From Candidatus Heimdallarchaeota archaeon B3_Heim (GTDB lineage Archaea > Asgardarchaeota > Heimdallarchaeia > Hodarchaeales > Hodarchaeaceae), in contig NJBF01000015.1 in assembly GCA_003144275.1 (NCBI GenBank), forward strand, positions 49,715-81,714: a stretch of 32,000 bases of DNA, given 5' to 3'. The notes beneath the pieces were generated by a model, which was not told the DNA's origin, did not search any database, and saw only the letters and a program-made list of their open reading frames with translations. Position numbers and translations under genes: made by a program. Shown here piece after piece: positions 1 to 8,719 of this stretch. Within the stretch, counting starts at the first letter, position 1. The number at the start of each line of letters is the position of its first letter.

Positions 1-1092
1 AGATTAAAAGAACTCGATCATTTTTGGATAGAAATTGAAAAAGAAGTAAGTGAATGGCGATTATGGCGTTTCGCTTATCTTGATACCGATTTAACCGAAA
101 TTTATCTTCCAGATCTCACTCATGCGCGATTCAATGAGCCTATATTACTTATCCATGGTTTTAATTCGAAACACACAATTTTCAATTGGTTCGCCAGAGA
201 ATTGTGGAGATACGGTTTTCGTTACATATTTGCACTTGACATGTCAGATCTAATCGATCTAGATAATGCCAGTGCCAATCTTGCAAAGAATGTTAAGATA
301 ATCAAAGAAATTACAAATGCCCATAAGATTTCAGTACTCGCTCACGCTTCTGGGGGGGTGCTAACACGATATTATACAAAATTTCAGAATGGAGCGGCCC
401 AAATTAGGGTCTTGGCAATGATTAGCAGTCCTCATGATAAGACACAATACCTTAATTTACTCCAGAATAAAATTAACGCAACAAAAGAGGAGCTAGAACA
501 AGCTATAGACTATTTTGAAGATATTAATTCAACAATTAGTGAAAAAGAACTATACTTTCTCACTCAAATTAATATTGGGGGATCAATATGGTCAACAAGC
601 AAAAACGGGAGTACTGTAAGATTTATCCCCTTACCCAACGCAGTAAATATCTCTGTTGGAGAAACACATTTGCGGTTACATAGACATAAAATTGTGTTTC
701 GGCTGGTTCGACCGTTCCTTATTCCACAAATAGCGATATTAAAGATCCGTCTTCTCACACTTGTCAACTTACAATCACCAGTATCACTCTGGATTCATTC
801 TCAAGGCCATTTAACTCAACAATACCCACGTCAAGGATTCATTGCACCTAATCAAAAAATTGCAATCCCTGAAAATCCAATGATAATTTATACGAATCAG
901 GTCAAGTTAGATCTGGAGGGGTCTCAAAAATTAGTTATTCATGCATTTGAAAATGTACGTTTACAACAAAAGAAAATCGGGAGACTTGAAGTACCGATAA
1001 AAATAGATAGACTTCCACGTGTAGAATATCTTTCATTAGTTGGAGAAGAGGGTCAACGGATCGATTTTGCCTTATATGCCTACATTCCATGA
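1..1092 (+). CDS. Alpha/beta-hydrolase (lipase/PGAP1-like) fold protein with C-terminal C2-like domain; 5'-truncated by the window edge; nucleophile motif degenerate
   Basis: Frame 1 is open from base 1 (RLKELDHFW...EPILLIHGFNSKHTIFNWFARELWRYGF...), so the 202 start in the ORF track is not the real start. PILLIHG is the typical lipase strand/oxyanion motif. The nucleophile elbow reads VLAHASGGVLTRYY (canonical AHSxGG). The C-terminal ~120 aa have a C2-like beta pattern. Confidence 0.7.
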   Translation, partial: RLKELDHFWIEIEKEVSEWRLWRFAYLDTDLTEIYLPDLTHARFNEPILLIHGFNSKHTIFNWFARELWRYGFRYIFALDMSDLIDLDNASANLAKNVKIIKEITNAHKISVLAHASGGVLTRYYTKFQNGAAQIRVLAMISSPHDKTQYLNLLQNKINATKEELEQAIDYFEDINSTISEKELYFLTQINIGGSIWSTSKNGSTVRFIPLPNAVNISVGETHLRLHRHKIVFRLVRPFLIPQIAILKIRLLTLVNLQSPVSLWIHSQGHLTQQYPRQGFIAPNQKIAIPENPMIIYTNQVKLDLEGSQKLVIHAFENVRLQQKKIGRLEVPIKIDRLPRVEYLSLVGEEGQRIDFALYAYIP

Positions 1093-1862
1093 GGATTAAG
1101 ATAATGAAATTATATAAGCAGGCTGCAAATCTAATAAAGAGTAAATCCAAAATTGTCGCTTTTACGGGTGCAGGAATAAGCGTAGAGTCCGGTATCCCTG
1201 ATTTTCGAAGTCCAGGAGGATTATGGGAAAAATATAATCCTACTGAGTATGCAGAATATTCCGCGTTTTTAAAATGGCCTGAAAAGTTTTGGACGATGCA
1301 TTCTGAACTTGCTGAGCTTGTCTCATCGGCAGAACCGAACCCAGCTCATTTAGCGTTAGCCACACTTGAGAATTTAGGAAAACTTAAAGCCGTCATTACT
1401 CAAAATATTGATTTCTTGCATCAACGTGCAGGTAACTCCCGTGTTCTTGAATTACATGGGACAGGAGAAACTGCATCATGTTTAAGTTGCCAAAAACAAT
1501 TTGATCGCGTAATGGTTGAAGAACTTCTTAAAAAAGTCCAAGTTCCGCGGTGTCCAGATTGCGAGGGGCTAATAAAACCCAATGTAGTATTGTTTAGTGA
1601 ACCTCTTCCTGCAAATGTTTTTGAAGAAGCCAAGCAAGCGCTGCTAGAATCCGATTTATTAATAGTCATTGGAACCAGTTTAAGCGTATTTCCAGCAGCC
1701 GCTTTACCTTCTCTGGTGAGTTTTAATAATACTCCAGTAATCATTATCAATGAGGAACCGACGTCATTAGATTCATCAGCAAGTATTGTAATTAATGGAA
1801 AATCAGGAGAAATTTTCCCTCAAATAATTAAAGCCATGAATACAGATGAGGAGACTAATTGA
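1089..1862 (+). CDS. cobB: NAD-dependent protein deacylase, Sir2/CobB family
   Basis: GAGISVESGIPDFRS, TQNID, ELHG, CLSC/CPDC zinc site, KPNVVLF and GTSL motifs are all present. ATGA overlap with the upstream stop; alternative start at 1104. Confidence 0.96.
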   Translation: MRIKIMKLYKQAANLIKSKSKIVAFTGAGISVESGIPDFRSPGGLWEKYNPTEYAEYSAFLKWPEKFWTMHSELAELVSSAEPNPAHLALATLENLGKLKAVITQNIDFLHQRAGNSRVLELHGTGETASCLSCQKQFDRVMVEELLKKVQVPRCPDCEGLIKPNVVLFSEPLPANVFEEAKQALLESDLLIVIGTSLSVFPAAALPSLVSFNNTPVIIINEEPTSLDSSASIVINGKSGEIFPQIIKAMNTDEETN

Positions 1863-2241
1863 TAGATTTCTGCATAAGGATTGCATGTTCTTTACGTGAG
1901 TAATAATTCTTTAATTTTTTAACCTCAGTATATCCATGTTTTCGATAAAAATTGATTGCTTTATGATTTTCAAAGTGAACCTGTAATTCAAGGGTTTGGA
2001 CAGAGTAGTGATCAACAAAATTCTGCTCAAATGCTTGGAGTAACCGTTGACCAATTTGATGTTGTTGATATCTCGGATCCACTTCAATTGTAACTATTCT
2101 CCCTAGCAATTCTTTTTTATCTTCATACTCTCCAACAATAAATCCTACAATTTTGTTTTGGGGCTTTAAAACCGCAGTTAGTGCTAAATGGGGTGAAGAA
2201 GTATTTATTATTCTCACAATTAGAGAAGGACCATAACGCAT
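1855..2241 (-). CDS. GNAT N-acetyltransferase, RimI/Ard1-like; reading frame extends upstream to about 2352 without a canonical start
   Basis: IVTIEVDPRYQQHQIGQRLL (acetyl-CoA motif A), LQVHFENHKAINFYRKHGY and KNYY...AILMQK motifs. The in-frame upstream sequence encodes VIRPSKISDVEKINELEKLVF, the typical RimI N-terminus. Confidence 0.9.
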   Translation of the reverse strand: MRYGPSLIVRIINTSSPHLALTAVLKPQNKIVGFIVGEYEDKKELLGRIVTIEVDPRYQQHQIGQRLLQAFEQNFVDHYSVQTLELQVHFENHKAINFYRKHGYTEVKKLKNYYSRKEHAILMQKSIN

Positions 2242-2594
2242 TTTTGGTGAAAAAACTAATTTTTCTAATTCATTAATTTTTTCAACATCAGAGATTTTGC
2301 TCGGCCTAATTACAACCTTAACTATATCGGTGTCATTGTCAGGAATTGTCAGGTCTGATCACAGTAATTTTGATTTATGATAGTTTTTTGCTCGACGGGA
2401 GAATAATGCAATTCATTGATTAATAATCCAGTGAAAATGAAGAATTTATACGGAAAATTTTAACCTATTGTTCTATAAAAAAACGTTTCTTTTTCATATT
2501 AAAGAGATTTTAGTCAAATATCTAGGGAGACTTGGTTTATTTTCGAATATTGTTTAGACTAATTTTATATAATCCCCTTTGCTGAAATTCTGCT

Positions 2595-3491
2595 ATGGAT
2601 TCTATTGATAAAAACATCTTATTAGACCTTCATGTTAATTGCCGAACGACTTTTCAAGAGATGGCAAATAAGAATGGTGTATCAGCGAATGCAATCAAGA
2701 AAAGATTTAATAAAATGCTTTCAACGGGTGTAATTGAAAATTTTTATGTAGAGTTGCCCTTAGCGGGTGTAGACGCAGAGTTGCTAATGGCACTCATCAC
2801 TACTGATGGAAATGAGGATGGTAATTTTGTAGAAGTGATGGGAAATCATCCAATGATCAGTTATATAGGAAAATTAGCTGGAGGGATGTACAATGTATTT
2901 TCTTGCTTTCAGGGAACGATAGGCCTTTCAGAAATGGGTGCTTTCTTCAGGAATTTACCTTCCGTGACAAATGTAGAAATACATCCTTTACTTTATTGGA
3001 GAGGAAATAAAGTTGAATTTACAAACTTGCAGGGGAAAGTCTTGAAGTGTTTAATAGAAGATCCAAGAAGAGCTGCGAGTGAAATCGCAAAGCAGACAGG
3101 CTTAACTTCAAGAATGGTGAGTAAAACGATCAATGAACTAATGGAGAAAGGAGGAGTTATTTTAGGAATCATATGGAATCCAAACCTTGGTGGGATAGTT
3201 GCGATGATTCGAATATCATGGTTAGAACAAAAAACTAATCTAAAAGAAATTATAAGTTTTCTTCAAAAAAACTTCCCTGAAGAGTATTTTGCCCCTATGA
3301 TATCAGCAACAAGTCCAGTGTTATTCGCTACTTTCATTGTTAAAGATTTGAAAGTTGTACAAACTATTACTTCGGAAATTAAGAAATTTCAGCATGTAAC
3401 AAATGTGATAACCTATTTGGGAGAACCTTCAAGGGTTTTTCCTGATATTAAGACGACAAAACTGAAGGAATTATTAAATTCAATAGGTTAA
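2595..3491 (+). CDS. Lrp/AsnC-family transcriptional regulator with two tandem HTH+RAM units
   Basis: MDSIDKNILLDLHVNCRTTFQEMANKNGVSANAIKKRFNKM and a second repeat FTNLQGKVLKCLIEDPRRAASEIAKQTGLTSRMV, each followed by a RAM-like alpha/beta segment. Confidence 0.88.
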   Translation: MDSIDKNILLDLHVNCRTTFQEMANKNGVSANAIKKRFNKMLSTGVIENFYVELPLAGVDAELLMALITTDGNEDGNFVEVMGNHPMISYIGKLAGGMYNVFSCFQGTIGLSEMGAFFRNLPSVTNVEIHPLLYWRGNKVEFTNLQGKVLKCLIEDPRRAASEIAKQTGLTSRMVSKTINELMEKGGVILGIIWNPNLGGIVAMIRISWLEQKTNLKEIISFLQKNFPEEYFAPMISATSPVLFATFIVKDLKVVQTITSEIKKFQHVTNVITYLGEPSRVFPDIKTTKLKELLNSIG

Positions 3492-3899
3492 TGGATTAAA
3501 TACGTCTTTCTGTTAATACATCCTTCTTCCCCTGATATCAAAATTCAAACCACTTGGTTCATTTTTCCTCACCCTAGAATTTCTTAGTTTCTAGGATCTT
3601 TTTTTCCTTCGTTTCGATCGAATCGATTTCTGTGACCGTTTGACTAATTTATTAGATTTTTCCTTAGATGTTTCTTATGATAGAAAGTACTAAAATGAAT
3701 TTAATTGCTATAAATCAATTCTTATGAGTTTACCCTAAATTGGAATCGGTTAGAAAACGAACTTGCTAGTTCGTTTTTTTCAACAAAAAATAAACGTATA
3801 GCGGTTAAATGTGAACCTAGTAACTCCCATGACTATATATCAATCAGTATTGCAATTTCAAGTGGTTAATATCAAAAATCAAAAAAAGAAGGAAAAAAA

Positions 3900-4094
3900 A
3901 TGTCAAGTAAAAAAATTTCAATCGATCAAATAATAACCTATATTTTATATGCGATACCCCTCGCCATGGGAGTTGCAACTCTGATTATTTCAATAATAGA
4001 ACCAGGAACGGATATGTTCTTTGCACTTGGTCTAGGAATGGCCTGCTTAGGAATTGTTGGATTAGATCTTTTAGACAAAGGAGGAGAAAGTTAG
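3900..4094 (+). CDS. Small hypothetical membrane protein (2 TM, 64 aa)
   Basis: Two hydrophobic segments, a purine-rich upstream region (agaagga), and no overlap with other genes. Confidence 0.75.
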   Translation: MSSKKISIDQIITYILYAIPLAMGVATLIISIIEPGTDMFFALGLGMACLGIVGLDLLDKGGES

Positions 4095-4199
4095 TCAGGA
4101 ATTATTTCTACATAATGGAGAGAATTTAGCATATATATAATTTCAACAGTAAAATGGCATTAAAATTGATAATAGAGAATCAAGATAAGTTGAAAGATT

Positions 4200-4652
4200 G
4201 TGAGAACTATTGACATAAAATACCAATACCAGAAGCTCTTATCTACTCTTCTAGATGTAAAGTCGGATAAAAATTTGACCAATGAACTTCTATCAGAAGT
4301 ATATGTCTCTGAATGGGTTAAAATGTTCTTAAGTGGCAATATCATGAGTAAAGAGATTGAAATACAGATCGAGATCCCTATTCCTTTCTCATCTTTTCAG
4401 AAAACAGAAAATAACTATGATATCGGTTTTCTCTTAAAAATTCAAATAAAACTTCTCGAATATTTGTTAAGATTGCACACAGATCATGATTTTAGTTTAG
4501 ATATTATTAAGGAAGAAGGAATATGGTATGGTACCAAAAAACTGGAATCAGAACCAACAGAAGAACTTATTAACCAATTGATGCCCCCTAAAATATCTCA
4601 AGAGAATTTCGTAGCTGAACGTAAAAAAATCATAGATGAAAAGAATTTCTAA
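4200..4652 (+). CDS. Hypothetical protein (150 aa) directly upstream of the ABC operon
   Basis: Long ORF with a GTG start and protein-like composition. Its stop is immediately followed by the GGTGA RBS of the ABC ATPase. No family recognised. Confidence 0.7.
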   Translation: MRTIDIKYQYQKLLSTLLDVKSDKNLTNELLSEVYVSEWVKMFLSGNIMSKEIEIQIEIPIPFSSFQKTENNYDIGFLLKIQIKLLEYLLRLHTDHDFSLDIIKEEGIWYGTKKLESEPTEELINQLMPPKISQENFVAERKKIIDEKNF

Positions 4653-4657
4653 GGTGA
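4653..4657 (+). promoter_or_regulatory. Archaeal-type Shine-Dalgarno GGTGA for the ABC ATPase
   Basis: GGTGA lies 5 nt before the ATG at 4663. The same motif occurs at 5405-5409 before the permease and upstream of the 7TM gene on the minus strand. Confidence 0.65.
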
Positions 4658-4662
4658 AAATA

Positions 4663-5403
4663 ATGAAAGAAAATGGTATAAAACTCCAAAATATTGTCAA
4701 AAAGTTCGATGATATAACTGCTGTGGACGATTTGAGTTTTGAAGTCGAAGCTGGGGAATTATTTGGACTATTAGGACCAAATGGAGCGGGAAAAACGACT
4801 ACAATTAAGATCCTAACTGGATTACTGAAACCAACTAGTGGTGAAGCCAAAGTCGGGGGTTATGATCTTAAAAAGTTCATCGGTAAAATCAAAGAAATGA
4901 TTGGTGTTTGCCCTCAAGAACCAGCATTTTATCCATATTTAACTGGGCGGGAAAACGTGGAATTGTTTGGTAATTTGCACGGGATGTCGAAAACAAAAAT
5001 TAAAGAAAGAGCGGAAGAGCTTCTTGCAAAAGTCGGTTTAGTTGAGGGAGCAACAAGAAAAGCGGGAAAATATAGTGGGGGAATGGTAAGACGAATTTCA
5101 TTAGCGATGGCTTTGATAAATGATCCCGATATCGCCTTTCTTGACGAACCAACTGTGGCAATGGATGTCCAATCTCGTCGTGCGACATGGGACTTCATAA
5201 GGGATCTCAAAACGCAAGGAAAAACAGTAATTCTTACTACACATTACATTGAAGAGGCAGAAATGCTTTGTGATCGTGTAGGAATTATAGACCGTGGAAA
5301 ATTGATAGCATTAGATACTCCTAAAGCTCTTATGGCTGAATATGATGCTAAAGACTTAGAAGACGTTTTTATCAAAATAACGGGGAGAAAAATCCGTGAA
5401 TAA
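4663..5403 (+). CDS. ABC-2 type exporter ATP-binding subunit (DrrA/CcmA-like)
   Basis: Walker A GPNGAGKTT, signature YSGGM, Walker B IAFLDEPT, H-loop TTHY. The 4663 start is preferred over 4636 because of the RBS. Confidence 0.96.
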   Translation: MKENGIKLQNIVKKFDDITAVDDLSFEVEAGELFGLLGPNGAGKTTTIKILTGLLKPTSGEAKVGGYDLKKFIGKIKEMIGVCPQEPAFYPYLTGRENVELFGNLHGMSKTKIKERAEELLAKVGLVEGATRKAGKYSGGMVRRISLAMALINDPDIAFLDEPTVAMDVQSRRATWDFIRDLKTQGKTVILTTHYIEEAEMLCDRVGIIDRGKLIALDTPKALMAEYDAKDLEDVFIKITGRKIRE

Positions 5404-5415
5404 AGGTGAAAGAGA

Positions 5416-6561
5416 ATGAATTTGCAACGTATTTACTCATTAATGAAAAAGGATCTGAAAAAATTAGTTCGAGTTCCTGCTACGCTCTTCTTAGCATTAA
5501 TATTCCCATTAATACTCACAGGTGCTTTTGGGTTCGCATTCGGATCTTTAGGAGGAGCAGGTGGGGAAGTAGCATATACTATCGGAATTGTCGATTTGGA
5601 TGAGACAATTTGGGCAGAACATTTCATTGGTAATCTGACTGAAAGTGAAGTACTTGAGACGAAATCTTATGACACTAGTGTAGAAGCAGAAGACGATCTC
5701 TCACAAGGAATAATTGATGCATTCCTTGTTATTCCAGAGAATTTTAGCAATAGCTTCAATTCTTATAACTTAAATCCTACAAATGCAAGTACATGGGTTA
5801 ATTCAACAGTTGAACTCACTGTCGATCAGGGTTCTATGATCGTATCAGCTGCTATACCGCCTCTTGTTCAACAAATATTGGCTGAAACTCTATATGGGAA
5901 GCAATCTATGATTGTGGCCCAACCAGTTCAGATTGGAACTCCTGAGGGAATTGAAGCCGATCATTTTACCCAATTTGATTTAATGGCCCCTGGGATGTTT
6001 GCTTTTGCTGCAATTTTCTTAACAATTATAGTTGCAGAAGGATTTGTGGAAGAACGAACTGAAGGACTATTACGACGAATACAGGTAACTCCTACTTCAC
6101 CAACAGATGTAATTCTCAGTAGCGTAACTGCAAATATGATAACAGCTATTCTTCAGGTAGCGATTATCTTTATTATGGCGAATTTGATGGGATTCAATCC
6201 TTTAACTGACGTATCTGGATATATCTTCGCTTTTGTAATCGTTCTACTACTGGCCCTCTGCAATATAGGATTTGGGTTAATTACGGCTTCTATCGCTAAA
6301 ACTCCAGGAGCAGCAACTGGAATAAGCTTCATGTTTATTCTACCTCAAATGTTTTTAGGCACATTTGTTCCTGTTCCTGATGCAGTTGGTCAACTAGTTC
6401 CAGCTTATTACGTTACAGATGCGTTAACATCAATTTTTCTAAGAGGAGCAGCAATTACTAGTGAAAAAGTATTGTTAGATTTAGTAATAATGATCGGATT
6501 TTGTGTTGTCATTATTCTAGCTGGAATCACTGTATTTGCGAAATTTGGACGAGAAAAATAA
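5416..6561 (+). CDS. ABC-2 type exporter permease
   Basis: N-terminal TM, an extracytoplasmic loop (IGIVDLD...), then multiple TMs with EERTEGLLRRIQVTP. Adjacent to the ATPase and has its own GGTGA RBS. Confidence 0.94.
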   Translation: MNLQRIYSLMKKDLKKLVRVPATLFLALIFPLILTGAFGFAFGSLGGAGGEVAYTIGIVDLDETIWAEHFIGNLTESEVLETKSYDTSVEAEDDLSQGIIDAFLVIPENFSNSFNSYNLNPTNASTWVNSTVELTVDQGSMIVSAAIPPLVQQILAETLYGKQSMIVAQPVQIGTPEGIEADHFTQFDLMAPGMFAFAAIFLTIIVAEGFVEERTEGLLRRIQVTPTSPTDVILSSVTANMITAILQVAIIFIMANLMGFNPLTDVSGYIFAFVIVLLLALCNIGFGLITASIAKTPGAATGISFMFILPQMFLGTFVPVPDAVGQLVPAYYVTDALTSIFLRGAAITSEKVLLDLVIMIGFCVVIILAGITVFAKFGREK

Positions 6562-6567
6562 ACATAA

Positions 6568-6590
6568 TTTTCTCCTCTTTCTCTTTTTCT
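6568..6590 (+). terminator. Pyrimidine/T-rich archaeal intrinsic terminator after the ABC operon
   Basis: ttttctcctctttctctttttct directly after the stop at 6561. Confidence 0.5.
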
Positions 6591-6721
6591 AATGTTTCAA
6601 AATTGAAATTTACACCTCAGCGTTGAATATCACAAAAAAAAGTAAGAATATAGCAAATAATTTGAAAGTATTTGATGTTTGGTGAAATTAATAAGTAAGT
6701 CTCTCAATTAAAAGAATACGG

Positions 6722-7237
6722 ATGAAAATTAGTGTGCCCATGCATAAACTAGCAACTCTGGCTTATCTTGTCCATGAAAACGAAGTCTTGTTACTTTATC
6801 GTAATAAGAAGGAAAATGATTTTCATGAGGGGAAATTTATTGGAGTAGGTGGGAGACTTGAACCTGGGGAAACTCCTCTCGAATGCATCATTCGTGAGAT
6901 CAAAGAAGAAGCAGGATATGAATTTGAACCCTCCGATATATCTTTTCGGGGATATATTTATTTTGATGAAATAAACAGAAAGAAAGAATCAGAGGATTTA
7001 CCCGCCTTTAACTGGTTAGTATTTTTATATACCGCAACGGTTGAAGAGAAAAGGAATTTTGTTAATTCCGAAGGAGAATTGCATTGGTTCGTAAAGGACA
7101 AAGTTCCGTATGAGAATATGTGGGGAGGAGATCGGATATTCATCCCAAAAATTTTGGAAACTGATGAGATTATTGAGGGTAAATTCCTGTATAGAAATAC
7201 TGGTATCAGCTGGTGGACTTTTGGTCGTGATCAATAG
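6722..7237 (+). CDS. NUDIX hydrolase, MutT/MTH1-like 8-oxo-dGTP diphosphatase
   Basis: Nudix box GGRLEPGETPLECIIREIKEEAGY, plus SEGELHWF and MWGGDRIFIP as in MTH1-like enzymes. Start may be 6740. Confidence 0.9.
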   Translation: MKISVPMHKLATLAYLVHENEVLLLYRNKKENDFHEGKFIGVGGRLEPGETPLECIIREIKEEAGYEFEPSDISFRGYIYFDEINRKKESEDLPAFNWLVFLYTATVEEKRNFVNSEGELHWFVKDKVPYENMWGGDRIFIPKILETDEIIEGKFLYRNTGISWWTFGRDQ

Positions 7238-7986
7238 AAATTTTGCCTTATTTGAAAAGCACGATTCACCTCATCAGTTATTACTCCATAAACTTTTTTC
7301 TTAAAGCAACTCAGTAAATATTGCTCAGTATTTACGGTATACGGATTGACCAGTATGCCCTTGTTTCTTGCTTCCTTGAAAGATTTATGTGTATAATATT
7401 TATGAAGACGTGTAGATAACCAGTATGGAATTTTCGTCCCTCCACCTGGAATTTTATCGTAAAAAGGGTGGATCGCGTCACAATTGAATTTTTGAGTCAG
7501 TGGAATTTGGTTTCGGGCAAATCCAACTAAAAGACCAGTGGGTAATTCTGGATTTAGTTCTTTAATCTCTTGTAACGCTTCACCATGAAAGGATGATATA
7601 ATGATGTTTTCAGGGGTATTGTTAATATCATATTGTTGAATTACTCGAACTAATTCTTTTACTCCATTCTTTTGAGGTTTTAGTTCAATGTTCATTAAAA
7701 TTTTATTTCCAAATTTTTCCAGAATGTCCTCAAGCGAAGGGATGGTTATTCCTTCGGATAACTCAATTTCAGTTAAGTCTCCAAGCTTCAAATCATCTAT
7801 TCGCTCAGATCGGCCTAATTTTGCAAGGGTTGCATCATGAAAACAAACCAAATGACCATCAGAAGAGAGCTGTACATCAAATTCAAATCCATCTGCATTT
7901 GCCTTAATTGCAGTTTGAAATGCTTGAATACTATTATCAGGTTCAGAGGTTTTACGAAAACCCCGATGGGCAATGATAAAAGTCAT
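7231..7986 (-). CDS. Glycerophosphodiester phosphodiesterase (GDPD/UgpQ family)
   Basis: IIAHRG, DNSIQAF, EFDVQLSSDG, HD, NIELK, ISSF and ITDE motifs. The ATG at 7986 (MTFIIAHRG) fits the family start better than 8043. Confidence 0.94.
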   Translation of the reverse strand: MTFIIAHRGFRKTSEPDNSIQAFQTAIKANADGFEFDVQLSSDGHLVCFHDATLAKLGRSERIDDLKLGDLTEIELSEGITIPSLEDILEKFGNKILMNIELKPQKNGVKELVRVIQQYDINNTPENIIISSFHGEALQEIKELNPELPTGLLVGFARNQIPLTQKFNCDAIHPFYDKIPGGGTKIPYWLSTRLHKYYTHKSFKEARNKGILVNPYTVNTEQYLLSCFKKKVYGVITDEVNRAFQIRQNFY

Positions 7987-8055
7987 AACAGATACTGCTC
8001 CTAAAAGAGTACAAAAGTAAGTTAAAAATGGAACGAGACACAAGGTCTCTATATT

Positions 8056-8469
8056 CTATCTCTGTTCTTCATCCATCACTCGTGGAATTTCGACTTCTAA
8101 TTGATCTAATTCCTTTTTGTATCTTCTAGAAAGGGGGCGGATCTCGTTTTTTCGATAACGATAAGTGATATCACCTCTATCACCAGCCAGATCACTCCAT
8201 GGTTCAACTAATACGACATCGTTTACCGTAATCCTATATCCTCTTCTGAAACGACCAGGAATTCGTGCAACTCTTTTAACTTTATCGGCACATAAGACAT
8301 CCATTCTACGCGCCCCAAGATTCCGAATAACAACTCCGATAACTTCTGCTTCATTAGGATAGCGTGTTCTCCTTGAATAACCCGAAGCTGGAACAAATCC
8401 TCTACCTTTGCCTCTTTTCGGTGGCTTTTTTCTCTTGCCTTGACCAGGACTCAATTCATTTTTCCTCAA
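8056..8469 (-). CDS. eif1a: Translation initiation factor aIF-1A with basic N-terminal and acidic C-terminal extensions
   Basis: OB-fold core EVIGVVIRNLGARRMDVLCADKVKRVARIPGRFRR...NDVVLVEPW...RGDITYRY is the typical aIF-1A/eIF1A signature. The real start may be the TTG at 8454. Confidence 0.93.
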   Translation of the reverse strand: MRKNELSPGQGKRKKPPKRGKGRGFVPASGYSRRTRYPNEAEVIGVVIRNLGARRMDVLCADKVKRVARIPGRFRRGYRITVNDVVLVEPWSDLAGDRGDITYRYRKNEIRPLSRRYKKELDQLEVEIPRVMDEEQR

Positions 8470-8719
8470 TATATATTCTTTGAGAGTATTTCTGTTATAT
8501 TGCTCCTAAATGCCAACTTAGTTATCGAAGGGGTAAATATTTATTTTAACAGCCAATTCCTTTTCAATACAATTAATTGGTAAATCCATCATGATGAAAG
8601 ACTTGTTAGGTGCCTTAAAGGCTTATCTAGGATTGATCTTCAAATATCTTTTGAAGAAAATAATGGATTATGATTGATTGATATTGTGATCGTATAGATT
8701 GCATTAATGAGGAAAAACA

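Noticed and set aside
3492-3899. 400-nt intergenic region; minus strand has a basic open stretch and a GGTGAGG-ATG giving only MNQVV*
   Set aside because: No ORF with both a start and meaningful length, no stable RNA structure or repeat array recognised; treated as terminator and promoter space.
4154-4213. Possible +1 frameshift joining ATG 4154 (MALKLIIENQDKL) to the 4200 ORF
   Set aside because: The fused N-terminus looks plausible, but there is no homology evidence or clear slippery site, and the GTG start at 4200 is sufficient.
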